Part shown: piece by piece, positions 9,488-19,208 of the stretch
Numbering within the stretch: the stretch's first letter is position 1
Layout: every line of letters starts with the position of its first letter
Source of the DNA: Actinomycetes bacterium
GTDB taxonomy: Bacteria > Actinomycetota > Thermoleophilia > Solirubrobacterales > JACPNS01
Direction: 5' to 3'
Length of the DNA: 64,000 nt
NCBI GenBank assembly: GCA_023404495.1
Contig: JAEYBE010000004.1
Span: 735-64,734 of the forward strand
Made by a program: the position numbers and the translations under genes
The notes under the pieces: generated by a model
The model's input: only the letters and a program-made list of their open reading frames with translations
Database searches by the model: none
What the model was told of the DNA's origin: nothing

Positions 9488-10911
9488 ACGAAGAGCAAGA
9501 CTTCATCGAGATTGAAGTCGTCGAGGAGGGGGAGTTTCCGCTCGGTCTTGACGAGCAGGAGGTGGAAGCCGCGCCCGAGCCAGAGGGCCCGCCGCGCCGC
9601 CACGCCACCGTCGCGATTGTCGGGTATCCCAACGTCGGCAAGTCCAGCCTGATCAACCGCTTGACCGAGTCCAAGGAAGCCGTCGTGCACGAGCGAGCGG
9701 GCGTGACACGCGACCGCAAGGCGCTCCACACCGACTGGAACGGGGTGGACCTGACTTTGATCGACACCGGCGGCGTCGACATCACCGAGGACGACGACAT
9801 CGCGCGCGGCATTCGCTTTCAGGCCGAAGTTGCGATCGAACTGGCCGACATCGTGCTGCTCGTGGTCGACGGCCGCGCCGGCTACCGCCCGGGGGATGAG
9901 GACATCGTCCAGATCCTGCGCCGCGGCAAGAAGCCGGTGATCGTTGCGGTCAACAAGATCGATTCCGCGGGCTCGATACCCGAGGCCGCCGAGTTCCAGC
10001 GCCTTGGGATGGGCGAGCCGTCGCCGGTCAGCGCGGCGCAGGGTCTGGGCACCGGCGACCTGCTCGACCGCATCGTCTCGATGGCGCCCGACGCGCCGCG
10101 CGAGGCCGACAGCGGCGCCATGCAGCTGGCGGTGCTCGGCCGCCCGAACGTCGGCAAAAGCAGTCTCGTCAATGCGATCACCGGCGAGCAGCGGGTGATC
10201 GTCTCCGAGGTCAGCGGCACGACGCGCGACTCGATCGACACCCGGATCGATGTCGACGGCGAACCGATCGTGTTGATCGACACGGCCGGACTGCGCAGGC
10301 GCAGCAAGCAGGCCGACGAACTCGAGTACTTCTCGTCGCTGCGATCGCAGCTTGCGATGGAGCGCGCGGATGTCGCGCTGATCGTCTGCGACGTCACCGC
10401 CGGGATCACATCGGAAGACCTGCGCATCGCCGAGATGGCGATGAAGGCAGGCTGCGCGACACTCGTGGTGCTCAACAAGTGGGATCTTCCGCACGAGGAG
10501 CTCGACCTCAAGCACGAGCGCGCGCGGATCGCTCGAAAGCTCCGGCTGCGCCCGAAGATCGTCACCAGCAGCGCCGTCAACGGCCGTAACGTGCCCAAGC
10601 TTCTCCAGGAGGCGCTTGACCTCGCCGAGCGCTCCGCGGGGCGGATTCCCACCAAAGAGCTGAACAAGTTCATCAGCGATGTTCAAGGACTGCGCCAGCC
10701 ACCCAACGTTCGGGGCAAGCGACTGAAGATGTACTACATGACGCAGTTCCAGGAGCGTCCGCCGCGCTTTGCGATCCAGGTCAACTCGCGCCGTGCGATC
10801 GCCCGCGACTACGCGTACTTTGTCGAGAACCAGCTACGCGAGCGCTATGACCTCGACGGGGTACCGCTGATCATCGATTTCAAGGCCTCCAAGGGCCGGT
10901 ACGACGACTGA
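9484..10911 (+). CDS. der: Ribosome-associated GTPase Der/EngA (two tandem GTPase domains plus a KH-like domain)
   Basis: Two G1 motifs ([10 protein letters not shown] and [10 protein letters not shown]), DTGG/DTAG and NKID/NKWD. The C-terminus [10 protein letters not shown]...PPRF is characteristic. The start overlaps the cmk stop (ATGA). Confidence 0.95.
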   Translation: MNEEQDFIEIEVVEEGEFPLGLDEQEVEAAPEPEGPPRRHATVAIVGYPNVGKSSLINRLTESKEAVVHERAGVTRDRKALHTDWNGVDLTLIDTGGVDITEDDDIARGIRFQAEVAIELADIVLLVVDGRAGYRPGDEDIVQILRRGKKPVIVAVNKIDSAGSIPEAAEFQRLGMGEPSPVSAAQGLGTGDLLDRIVSMAPDAPREADSGAMQLAVLGRPNVGKSSLVNAITGEQRVIVSEVSGTTRDSIDTRIDVDGEPIVLIDTAGLRRRSKQADELEYFSSLRSQLAMERADVALIVCDVTAGITSEDLRIAEMAMKAGCATLVVLNKWDLPHEELDLKHERARIARKLRLRPKIVTSSAVNGRNVPKLLQEALDLAERSAGRIPTKELNKFISDVQGLRQPPNVRGKRLKMYYMTQFQERPPRFAIQVNSRRAIARDYAYFVENQLRERYDLDGVPLIIDFKASKGRYDD

Positions 10912-10928
10912 CGTAGGATTCGGCCCCC

Positions 10929-11849
10929 GTGCCGGACTCTGCCGTATCAATCAAAGGGCTGACCAAGTCGTACGGCGACTTTCAGGCCCTCAAAGGCGTC
11001 GATCTGGAGATCCCGACCGGCCAGGTCTTTGCGATCCTCGGTCCCAACGGCGCGGGAAAGACGACGACCGTCGAAATCCTCGAGGGCTATCGCGAGCGCA
11101 CTGCGGGTGAGGTCACCGTGCTCGGAGTCGATCCGGCGAATCCGACGCACAACTGGCGTCAACGCATTGGGATCGTGTTGCAGGAGTCCGAACCGACGAC
11201 GCTGCTCACCGTCCGCGAGACGCTTGCGATGTATGCGGGCTACTACGACCGTCCGCGCAGCGTCGGCGAAACGATCGAGCTCGTCGGGCTTTCGGCCAAG
11301 GCCGACACCCGTGCCGGCCGGCTGTCCGGCGGGCAGAAGCGTCGTCTGGATGTTGGGCTTGCGCTGATCGGCGACCCCGATCTGATCTTTCTCGACGAAC
11401 CGACGACTGGCTTTGACCCTGAGGCGCGCCGTGAAGCGTGGAAAGTGATTGCCTCGATGCGCGACCTCGGCAAGACCGTCCTATTGACCACGCACTACAT
11501 GGAAGAGGCGCAGATCCTTGCCGACCAGATTGCGGTTTTCGCGGGCGGCGAAATCGTCGCCCGCGGCACCCCGGATGAGATCGGCGGGCGCAAGGAGTTG
11601 CCGAGCCGGATCGAATTCCGGCTGCCGGTGGGCGTTGCCTCAACCGATCTCCCGCCGGATTTTCGCGCCGCCGTAGCTGATGACGGCAGCGTCTCCTTGG
11701 CGACCCTCGATCCGACCCGCAAGGTGAATGAGATCACCGGATGGGCGCTCGATCGCGGGGTCAACCTCGAAGAGCTCGCCGTTGCGAGGCCGTCGCTGGA
11801 GGACGTCTATCTGGATCTCACGAGCGAGGACGTCGAGGTGGTCGAGTGA
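10929..11849 (+). CDS. ABC transporter ATP-binding protein (ABC-2/DrrA-like exporter)
   Basis: Walker A GPNGAGKTT, signature LSGGQKRRL, Walker B LIFLDEPTTGFD. Confidence 0.9.
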   Translation: MPDSAVSIKGLTKSYGDFQALKGVDLEIPTGQVFAILGPNGAGKTTTVEILEGYRERTAGEVTVLGVDPANPTHNWRQRIGIVLQESEPTTLLTVRETLAMYAGYYDRPRSVGETIELVGLSAKADTRAGRLSGGQKRRLDVGLALIGDPDLIFLDEPTTGFDPEARREAWKVIASMRDLGKTVLLTTHYMEEAQILADQIAVFAGGEIVARGTPDEIGGRKELPSRIEFRLPVGVASTDLPPDFRAAVADDGSVSLATLDPTRKVNEITGWALDRGVNLEELAVARPSLEDVYLDLTSEDVEVVE

Positions 11850-12619
11850 GCCTGCTCTGGCATCAGTTTCGTTTCGAGTGGAAGCTCTTCTGGCGCAATC
11901 CGGCATCGGTCTTCTTCTCGGTTGGGTTGCCGTTGGTGTTCCTCTTCCTGCTTGGCGCCGTCTTCGGCAATGCAGACGGGAAGGCCTACGCCTACGGACT
12001 ACTCGCCGACCAGTACCTCGTGCCGGCGATCATGACCCTCGGGATCGTCAGCGCATCGTTCGTGAACGTCGCGATGACGATCACCTACCAGCGCGAGATG
12101 GGAGTGCTCAAGCGCCTGCGGGGTACGCCGCTCCCGACGACGACCTTTGTGTCCGCGCGGACCGCGAGCGCCGTCGTCAACTCCCTGCTGATCGCGTTCG
12201 TAATCCTGATCGCCGGGCATGTCGCGTACGGAATCGACATCGACGGCTCGCGACTCGTCGGGACGCTCCTGATCACCGTCTTCGGGGCTATCTCCTTCTG
12301 CGCCCTGGGCTTCGCGCTCACGATCGTGATCCCGAACCAGGGTGCGGCGCCCGCGATCACGAACATGATCACGCTGCCGCTCTATTTCATTTCGGGCGTC
12401 TTCGGCGACACCGCGAATCTTCCGACGGTGCTCGCGGACATCGGCAAATTCTTTCCGATCTCGCATTTGGGGGCGTGCCTGTTTGAGACCTTCAGCCCCG
12501 AGGCTCACGGGGTCTTCGCCTTCTCCTGGACGGATTTCGGCATCGTGCTGGCGTGGGGTGCGGTGGGGATGGCGCTCGCCGCGTGGAAGTTTCGCTGGGA
12601 GCCGCAGGAGAGCCGCTGA
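11846..12619 (+). CDS. ABC-2 type transporter permease
   Basis: GTG 11846 overlaps the ATPase stop (GTGA). The product VSLLWHQFRFEWKLFWRNPASVFF... has about 6 TM segments, typical of ABC-2 permeases. Confidence 0.8.
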   Translation: MSLLWHQFRFEWKLFWRNPASVFFSVGLPLVFLFLLGAVFGNADGKAYAYGLLADQYLVPAIMTLGIVSASFVNVAMTITYQREMGVLKRLRGTPLPTTTFVSARTASAVVNSLLIAFVILIAGHVAYGIDIDGSRLVGTLLITVFGAISFCALGFALTIVIPNQGAAPAITNMITLPLYFISGVFGDTANLPTVLADIGKFFPISHLGACLFETFSPEAHGVFAFSWTDFGIVLAWGAVGMALAAWKFRWEPQESR

Positions 12620-12734
12620 CCCCTTCAAACCCGTAAATCGGATCGGGTTTAGTAAGAATCGGCTTGGCTGGGGCTATCATTCAGCCCACTTGAACTTGCA
12701 CGCCCCGACCCCAATCTGGAGCAATCTTTAGGCC

Positions 12735-13970
12735 ATGAGCATCACCGGCTTCGCTGACAACGAATTCCTTTTCACTTCCGAGAGCGTCTCGGAGGGCCAC
12801 CCCGACAAGATCGCCGACGCGATCTCCGACGCTGTGCTCGACGCGGTCCTCGAGCAGGACCCATTCGGCCGCGTCGCCTGTGAGACCTTCGTCACGACCG
12901 GCCTGATCGTCGTCGGCGGCGAGATCAGCACGAGCGCCAACTTCGACGTGCAGGAGCTCGCCCGCGAGACTGTGCGCGAGATCGGTTACGACCACTCCGA
13001 CAAGGGCTTTGACGCCAACACCTGCGCCGTGATGGTGACGCTGGACAAGCAGTCGCCCGACATTGCGCAGGGCGTCGATCAGTCGCACGAGGTGCGCGAG
13101 GGCGAGAGCCAGACCGACGACCACGGCGTCGCTGGCGCTGGCGACCAGGGAATGATGTTCGGCTACGCCTCGAACGAGACCGAGTCGCTGATGCCGCTGC
13201 CGATCCACCTCGCACACCGCCTGGCCGAGCGCCACGCGAAGGTGCGCAAGGACGGCACCGTTCCGTACTTCCGCCCGGACGCCAAGACGCAGGTCTCAGT
13301 GCGCTACCAGGACGGCAAGCCGGTCAAGATCGAGCAGCTGCTGATCAGCACGCAGCACGAGGACGGCAAGACCGTCGCGGACGACATCAAGCCCGACCTC
13401 TGGGAGCACGTCGTCAAGCCGATTCTTCCTGGTGATCTCTATGACGAGAACGAGCTGCTTGAACGCTTCCTCGTGAACCCCACCGGCAAGTTCGTGATCG
13501 GCGGTCCGATGGGCGACGCAGGCCTGACCGGCCGCAAGATCATCGTCGACACCTACGGCGGTATGGGCCGCCACGGCGGCGGCGCATTCTCAGGCAAGGA
13601 CCCGTCGAAGGTCGACCGCAGCGCCGCCTACGCCGCTCGCTACGTGGCCAAGAACATCGTCGCGGCTGGACTTGCTGACCGCGCCGAGGTTCAGGTCGCC
13701 TACGCGATCGGCAAGGCCGAGCCGGTCTCGATCGCGATCGAGACCTTCGGCACCGAGAAGGTCGGCCGCGGCAAGATCACCGAGCTGGTCTTCGAGCACT
13801 TCGACCTGCGTCCGGGCGCCTTCCGCCAGTACCTCGACCTGCACCGCCCGATCTACAAGAAGACGAGCGCCTACGGCCACTTCGGCCGCGACGACGCCGA
13901 CTTCACCTGGGAGAAGACCGACAAGGCCGAGGCCCTCGCCGAAGCCGCCGGCGTCGCTGCCCTCGCCTAA
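12735..13970 (+). CDS. metK: S-adenosylmethionine synthetase
   Basis: [55 protein letters not shown]. Confidence 0.97.
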   Translation: MSITGFADNEFLFTSESVSEGHPDKIADAISDAVLDAVLEQDPFGRVACETFVTTGLIVVGGEISTSANFDVQELARETVREIGYDHSDKGFDANTCAVMVTLDKQSPDIAQGVDQSHEVREGESQTDDHGVAGAGDQGMMFGYASNETESLMPLPIHLAHRLAERHAKVRKDGTVPYFRPDAKTQVSVRYQDGKPVKIEQLLISTQHEDGKTVADDIKPDLWEHVVKPILPGDLYDENELLERFLVNPTGKFVIGGPMGDAGLTGRKIIVDTYGGMGRHGGGAFSGKDPSKVDRSAAYAARYVAKNIVAAGLADRAEVQVAYAIGKAEPVSIAIETFGTEKVGRGKITELVFEHFDLRPGAFRQYLDLHRPIYKKTSAYGHFGRDDADFTWEKTDKAEALAEAAGVAALA

Positions 13971-13996
13971 CCCCGCGCGTACAGCCTGACCTGTCA

Positions 13997-14028
13997 CCGA
14001 AGGGTGGCCCGATCGGGCCACCCTTCGG
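13997..14028 (+). terminator. Perfect 14-bp stem hairpin downstream of metK (terminator-like, weak U tract)
   Basis: CCGAAGGGTGGCCC-GATC-GGGCCACCCTTCGG, followed by CATTTAAG. Confidence 0.55.
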
Positions 14029-14079
14029 CATTTAAGTGCGCGACCGGCGTGGGCGAGCGGCGTGCGCGAGCGGTGAATC

Positions 14080-14115
14080 TTCCAACGGCCTGCCCGGTGG
14101 GGCAGGCCGTTGGAA
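14080..14115. repeat. Second perfect 16-bp stem hairpin between metK and priA
   Basis: TTCCAACGGCCTGCCC-GGTG-GGGCAGGCCGTTGGAA. No U tract on either strand. Confidence 0.5.
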
Positions 14116-14169
14116 CTATCGTGGCGTACCCACGGGAAGCTGGCGGCGGCCCTGCCTAGGCTCCTCTCC

Positions 14170-16353
14170 GTGACGAAGATCGCGAAAGTTGAGCCGCTCA
14201 CTAATTCCCGTGCGCTGCGCGGGCCATTTGACTATCGCGTACCCGATCGGATGAACGGCGAAGTCGAGGTCGGGTCGATCCTTGCCGTCCCGTTCGCGCG
14301 ACGACAGATCCTCGGCGTCGTCACGGCGATCACCGATCACAGCGATCTGTCTGATGAGAAGCTCGCTGAGCCCACCCGCGCGCTGCCCGACGGCGTCCCC
14401 CCGAAGCTGATCGAGCTGGGTCTCTGGGTCGGCGAGCAGTACTGCTCAACCCCTGCGCGGGGTCTGGCGCTCGTTACGCCGCCGGGGACCGGCACCGGCC
14501 GGGCTGACCGGGCGACCAGGGCCAAGACTGTTCTCGTCGCCAAGATCACCGAGCATGGCCGCGCCTCGCTGGCCGACGAGTCGACTCGGCTGAGCGATGC
14601 CCAGCGATCGGCGCTGACGGCGCTCGCTGTGCTGCCAGAGGGCACTCCGACTCGCGACGCCAAGGAGCGCATCGGCGCGGATACGCCGTCGCTGCGCCGG
14701 CTGGAAGGGCGCGGACTGGTCGAGATCAGCGAGCAGGAACAACGCCGCACCGTCACCCACGAAGCCGTCGGCGCGCTCATCGATCGGCCGCCGCTGACGC
14801 CCGACCAGCAGAAGGCGCTGCGCGAGATCAACGCCGCGATCGACAGTGGATTCGACGATCTGTTGCTACATGGCGTCACCGGTAGCGGCAAGACCGAGGT
14901 CTACCTCGGCGCCGCCGAGCACACGCTGGCAAAGGGCCGCTCAGTGATTGTCATGGTGCCGGAAATCGCGCTCACTCCGCAGGTGGTCACCCGCTTTGCC
15001 GCCCGCTTCGGAGACCGAGTCGCCGTGATGCACTCGCAGCTGACGGCCGGCCAGCGTCACGACGAGTGGCTGCGCATCCGGCGCGGGGAGGCTGACGTGG
15101 TCGTGGGCCCGCGCAGCGCGGTTTTCGCACCGGTCGAAAACCTAGGCCTGTTGATCGTCGACGAGGAGCACGACGCCTCCTACAAGCAGGACGGCGATCC
15201 GCGCTACGACGCCCGCGATGTCGCGCTCGAGCGCGCTGCATCCGAGCGCGCGACGTTGCTCAGCGGCAGCGCAACGCCGCGAGCTGAAGGATGGGACCGC
15301 GCACGCCACATCAAGCTCCCAGAGCGCGTCGATGGCCGTCCGCTCCCGCCCGTCAAGCTGCTGGACATGAACGGCGAGCGCGGGGCGCTGCATCCGCTCA
15401 CAAGCTCGGCGCTCGCTGCGGTCGCCTCGCGCGGCGAGAAGGCGATCGTCCTGCTCAATCGCCGCGGGTGGTCGAACTTCCTCTCCTGCCAGGACTGCGG
15501 GCACACCTGGATCTGTCCCAACTGCGACGTAACGCTGGTCTTGCACATGGCCAGAGCGGAGATGCGCTGCCACCACTGCGGCCACCGCGAGCCGGTGCCC
15601 GAGACCTGCCCGGAATGTCAGAGCGTCTCGATCTCCCGGCACGGCACTGGCACCGAGCGCCTGCAGTCGGATCTGGCCGCGGCGATCGGGCAGAACGCGG
15701 AGATCTTCCGCCTTGACGCCGACACCGCCGCCCGGCGCGGGGTCGCCACGGTCCTACGTGAATTCGAATCTGCGAACTCCGGGATCCTCGTGGGGACACA
15801 AATGGTCGCCAAGGGGCACGACTTCCCCGATGTGACGCTCGGCGTCGTGATCGACGCCGACTCGACGCTCAACTTTCCAGACTTTCGCGCCGAGGAGCGG
15901 ACGTTCGCGCTCGTCGCCCAGCTCGCGGGGCGCAGCGGTCGTGGCGGGGCTGATGGCCGAGTGCTGGTGCAGACACGATCACCGGAAACGCGTGCGCTGC
16001 GCTTTGCCGCCAGGCACGACGCCGAGGGATTTGTGACCGAAGAACTCGAGCGCAGAGCGGCCTTCGGCTACCCGCCGTACGGGCACATCATCAAGCTCCA
16101 GACCGCCAGCGAGGACTATGCGCGCGCTCAGACTGCCGCCGACGCGCTGGCCGCCGCGATCGAGTTGCGCGATCTGCGGCTGCTCGGTCCGACCCCGTTG
16201 TTCAAGCGCAAGGGGCTCGAGCGGTTCCAGATCGAGTTGAAGATCACCGAGCGGGAAGCGGCGGTCGAGGCCGTGCGCGAGGCGGTCGAACTCGTCTCGG
16301 CATCGCGCGCCGGCCGCGATGTGAAGTTCGCCGTCGATGTCGATCCCCAATAG
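14170..16353 (+). CDS. priA: Primosomal protein N' (replication restart helicase PriA)
   Basis: N-terminus VTKIAKVEPLTNSRALRGPFDYRVPD, Walker A GVTGSGKTEVY, DEEHD, and cysteine-rich zinc insertions CQDCGHTWICPNCD...CHHCGH...CPEC. Start GTG 14170 is preferred over the track start at 14110. Confidence 0.9.
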   Translation: MTKIAKVEPLTNSRALRGPFDYRVPDRMNGEVEVGSILAVPFARRQILGVVTAITDHSDLSDEKLAEPTRALPDGVPPKLIELGLWVGEQYCSTPARGLALVTPPGTGTGRADRATRAKTVLVAKITEHGRASLADESTRLSDAQRSALTALAVLPEGTPTRDAKERIGADTPSLRRLEGRGLVEISEQEQRRTVTHEAVGALIDRPPLTPDQQKALREINAAIDSGFDDLLLHGVTGSGKTEVYLGAAEHTLAKGRSVIVMVPEIALTPQVVTRFAARFGDRVAVMHSQLTAGQRHDEWLRIRRGEADVVVGPRSAVFAPVENLGLLIVDEEHDASYKQDGDPRYDARDVALERAASERATLLSGSATPRAEGWDRARHIKLPERVDGRPLPPVKLLDMNGERGALHPLTSSALAAVASRGEKAIVLLNRRGWSNFLSCQDCGHTWICPNCDVTLVLHMARAEMRCHHCGHREPVPETCPECQSVSISRHGTGTERLQSDLAAAIGQNAEIFRLDADTAARRGVATVLREFESANSGILVGTQMVAKGHDFPDVTLGVVIDADSTLNFPDFRAEERTFALVAQLAGRSGRGGADGRVLVQTRSPETRALRFAARHDAEGFVTEELERRAAFGYPPYGHIIKLQTASEDYARAQTAADALAAAIELRDLRLLGPTPLFKRKGLERFQIELKITEREAAVEAVREAVELVSASRAGRDVKFAVDVDPQ

Positions 16354-16403
16354 CTCGCCTGCGGCTGGCCGCGTGAGGCGCGATCTTCAAATAACATCTG
16401 GCG

Positions 16404-17024
16404 ATGAGCGACGAGCACCCACACGTGCCTGAGAGCGCCGCCGAGGCAGTCGACCCCGACGAGCAGGCGCTCGCCGACGCCGGCCTCTCCTCCGAAGAGC
16501 TCGCCGTACGCCGCGACGCGCTCTCGCAGATCCGCCAGTTTGGCGACCCCGTCCTGCGCAGCGAGGCTCGCTCGATCGAGAACTTCGACGAGCAGATTCA
16601 GGCTCAGGCCGCGCGAATGATTGCGCTGATGGATCGCTCCTACGGGATCGGCCTTGCGGCACCGCAGATCGGCATCTCGAACCGCCTTCTGGTCTACCGC
16701 GTGGGCGACTCGGCGCCGATCGTGCTCGCCAATCCGGTGATCGAGTGGAGCTCCGAGGATGAGGAGTCCTTCCAGGAGGGTTGCCTCAGCCTCGCCAACG
16801 TGCACGTAGATGTCGACCGTGCGATTCACGTCCGCGTCGTCGGCAAGGACGCGAGCGGCGACCGCATCAAGATTGAGGCCTCTGGCCTGAACGCACGCGT
16901 GATCCAGCACGAGATGGACCACCTGGACGGGGTGCTGATCCTCGATCGCGCAAGCAAGGACCAGCGCAAAGAGGCGCTGCGTGCGTTGCGCGAGGCCGAA
17001 GAGCGCACGGGCTTTGCCGCCTAG
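16404..17024 (+). CDS. def: Peptide deformylase
   Basis: GIGLAAPQIG, EGCLS, and HEMDHLDG motifs are all present. Confidence 0.95.
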   Translation: MSDEHPHVPESAAEAVDPDEQALADAGLSSEELAVRRDALSQIRQFGDPVLRSEARSIENFDEQIQAQAARMIALMDRSYGIGLAAPQIGISNRLLVYRVGDSAPIVLANPVIEWSSEDEESFQEGCLSLANVHVDVDRAIHVRVVGKDASGDRIKIEASGLNARVIQHEMDHLDGVLILDRASKDQRKEALRALREAEERTGFAA

Positions 17025-17032
17025 GCCCAGCG

Positions 17033-17956
17033 TTGCGCAACGTCTACTTCGGTACCTCGGACTTCGCGGCGACAGTCCTCGAAGCACTGCTTGATTCCCG
17101 ACACGCACCTTCGTTGGTCGTGACGCGCCCGGCGCGCCCGAAGGGCCGCGGCAAGAAGTTGTCGGATCCGCCTGTGGCCGTCCTGGCCAAGGAGCGCGGG
17201 ATTGCGATTCACCAGCCCGAGAACGTGAACGAGCCCGAGGGCTTTGAGCCGATCCTCGCGCAGGCTCACGAGGCGATAACGGTCTGCGCGTTCGGCGCGA
17301 TCGTCAAGGAGCCGCTGCTATCGGCCGCGCCGAGTTTCAACGTGCACCCGTCGCTGTTGCCGCGCTGGCGCGGAGCCGCGCCGATCGAACGGGCGATCGC
17401 GGCGGGGGACTCTGAAACGGGGGTGACGATCATGCGTTTGGTCGAGGAGCTCGACGCCGGACCGGTGTGTGCGCAGGAGCGCGTTCCGATCGGGGAGAAC
17501 GACGACTACGGGTTGATCTCCGCACAGCTCGCTCAGCTCGGAGGAACGATGCTGGTTGACGCGCTGACCGCGGCGCAGGAGGGGAAGATCCACTGGCGAG
17601 AGCAACTTGACGGCGCCGAACAGTCCGAGGTTACGTACGCGGAAAAGATCGTCCGGGAGGACCGCCGGCTCGACCCGCGCACTCGCGGTGCTGCCGAGCT
17701 GGCCCAAACGGTGCGCGCGCTCAATCCGCACATCGGGGCCTTTCTTGCGACCGCGTCTGGCGATCCGCTGCGCGTGCGTCGGGCGAGGGTCTCGCATGAG
17801 GCGGTCTCGCCCGGCGAAGTCGTGATGTTGGATGGCCGGCTCCTCGTGGGTACGACAGACCAGGCGCTTGAGCTGCTCGAAGTGCAGCCGGCAGGCGGAA
17901 AGGCGATGGACGTCGAAAGTTTCCTCAGGGGCAATGAGGCCCCGGAGCTGGAGTGA
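17033..17956 (+). CDS. fmt: Methionyl-tRNA formyltransferase
   Basis: VYFGTSDFAA, NVHPSLLPRWRGAAPIERAI, and a C-terminal OB-like domain. TTG start. Confidence 0.95.
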   Translation: MRNVYFGTSDFAATVLEALLDSRHAPSLVVTRPARPKGRGKKLSDPPVAVLAKERGIAIHQPENVNEPEGFEPILAQAHEAITVCAFGAIVKEPLLSAAPSFNVHPSLLPRWRGAAPIERAIAAGDSETGVTIMRLVEELDAGPVCAQERVPIGENDDYGLISAQLAQLGGTMLVDALTAAQEGKIHWREQLDGAEQSEVTYAEKIVREDRRLDPRTRGAAELAQTVRALNPHIGAFLATASGDPLRVRRARVSHEAVSPGEVVMLDGRLLVGTTDQALELLEVQPAGGKAMDVESFLRGNEAPELE

Positions 17957-17966
17957 ACCAAACGCG

Positions 17967-18218
17967 ATGAGCGAAGCGGCAGAAAACACAAGCGGATCGA
18001 GCTTTGAGGTGGGCATGAAGTGCCCGAGCTGCTCCGAGCCGTGGCTGCGTCCGACCGGCAACATGCCCGGCCGCTATCGCTGCGTGAACTGTCTGCACCG
18101 GTTCGAGTTGACGAGCTCCTGTCCGGACTGCGGCGCGCATGGCACAATTGCCCGGATGTCGCACACCTCAGACCTCCACTGCGCAAGCTGCGGCGCGTGG
18201 ATGCTGACCGAGATCTAG
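17967..18218 (+). CDS. Small double zinc-ribbon protein (83 aa), function unknown
   Basis: MSEAAENTSGSSFEVGMKCPSCSEPWL...RCVNCLHRFELTSSCPDCGAHG...LHCASCGAWMLTEI has four CxxC pairs. It is packed tightly between fmt (stop 17956) and rpe (start 18229). Confidence 0.6.
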   Translation: MSEAAENTSGSSFEVGMKCPSCSEPWLRPTGNMPGRYRCVNCLHRFELTSSCPDCGAHGTIARMSHTSDLHCASCGAWMLTEI

Positions 18219-18228
18219 GAGCCGTCCC

Positions 18229-18918
18229 TTGAGCGCTAACCCTCGCGCCAGCGAGCTTTTCGCAACCAAGCAGGTCCTGCCGTCGATCCTCTCGGCCGAC
18301 TTCGCCAAGCTTGGCGAAGACGTCGCGTTGGTGATGGAGGCGGGCGCGAAGGTGATCCACGTCGACGTGATGGACGGACACTTCGTCCCGCCGATCACGA
18401 TCGGGCCGCTGATAGTTGAGGCGCTGGCAGGCCAGGTGCACTCGGCAGGTGGCGTGCTCGACGTCCACCTGATGATCGAAAACCCGGACCGCCACGTCGA
18501 CGCGTTCACCGCCGCCGGGGCGGACGCCGTGAGCTTTCACGTGGAGGCGACGGCGCACGTCAATCGGGTCGCCAGTCAGATTCGCGAGGGCGGGGCGCTT
18601 GCCGGCATAGTGCTCAACCCCGGAACGCCCGTGGAGGCGATCTCAGCGGCCGCCGACGCTGTCGACTACGCACTCTGCATGAGCGTCAACCCGGGCTGGG
18701 GCGGTCAGCCATTCATTCCTGAGTCTGTTGAGCGCCTTGCGGCGATGCGCGCGATGCTGCCAGACGGTGTCGCGCTTGAGGTCGATGGCGGGGTCTCTGC
18801 CGCAACCGCCGGCGACGTCTCTGCTGCCGGCGCAAACCTCTTCGTCGCGGGGAGCGCCGTCTTTGGCGCGGATGATCCCGCGGCAACCTTCCGCGCGATC
18901 AGCGACGCAGTCGGCTAG
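18229..18918 (+). CDS. rpe: Ribulose-phosphate 3-epimerase
   Basis: PSILSADFAKLGEDV, HVDVMDGHFVP, and MSVNPGWGGQPF motifs. Confidence 0.95.
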   Translation: MSANPRASELFATKQVLPSILSADFAKLGEDVALVMEAGAKVIHVDVMDGHFVPPITIGPLIVEALAGQVHSAGGVLDVHLMIENPDRHVDAFTAAGADAVSFHVEATAHVNRVASQIREGGALAGIVLNPGTPVEAISAAADAVDYALCMSVNPGWGGQPFIPESVERLAAMRAMLPDGVALEVDGGVSAATAGDVSAAGANLFVAGSAVFGADDPAATFRAISDAVG

Positions 18919-18925
18919 GCGGTTT

Positions 18926-18996
18926 CAAGCCAAGAATCTTCCATCAGGCGACCCCTCGGGGTCGGCTCATGGAAGATTTGCCGCGTGTCTGCGCGC
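18926..18996. repeat. Intergenic hairpin element, copy 1 of the CAAGCCAAGAATCT family; probable bidirectional terminator between convergent rpe and a minus-strand operon
   Basis: CAAGCCAAGAATCTTCCATCAGGCGACCCCTCGGGGTCGGCTCATGGAAGATTTGCCGCGTGTCTGCGCGC. The outer 10-bp stem is AATCTTCCAT/ATGGAAGATT (18934-18943 / 18969-18978), with an inner GC stem. Confidence 0.6.
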
Positions 18997-19208
18997 TAGT
19001 CGATGAGATCGAAGAATCCGCCCCACCAGTAGTACGCGAGGACGATCAGCGCCAGCAGCGCCACGAACCCCGCCGGCGCAAAGCCGAGTGCAGCGATCCC
19101 CACGGACACAGCCAGCACCACCACGGCGCCGAGCAGCACCGCCGTGTGAAACGGGTTGAGTCGTCCGAGAATCTTCTTGACGCGGGTCACTGTCGCGGCG
19201 TCGCCCAC
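18996..19208 (-). CDS. Small membrane protein (70 aa, two predicted TM helices), unknown function
   Basis: MGDAATVTRVKKILGRLNPFHTAVLLGAVVVLAVSVGIAALGFAPAGFVALLALIVLAYYWWGGFFDLID. It overlaps the end of the flippase gene by 22 nt and is the last gene of the minus-strand operon. Confidence 0.45.
   Translation of the reverse strand: MGDAATVTRVKKILGRLNPFHTAVLLGAVVVLAVSVGIAALGFAPAGFVALLALIVLAYYWWGGFFDLID

Noticed and set aside
12620-12734. Possible SAM riboswitch upstream of metK.
   Set aside because: - No SAM-I, SAM-II, SAM-IV or SAM/SAH core motifs are visible.
- There is only a 7-bp hairpin (AAACCCG...CGGGTTT), probably ending the ABC-2 operon, and an AAGAATCGGCTTGG string weakly related to the CAAGCCAAGAATCT repeat arms.
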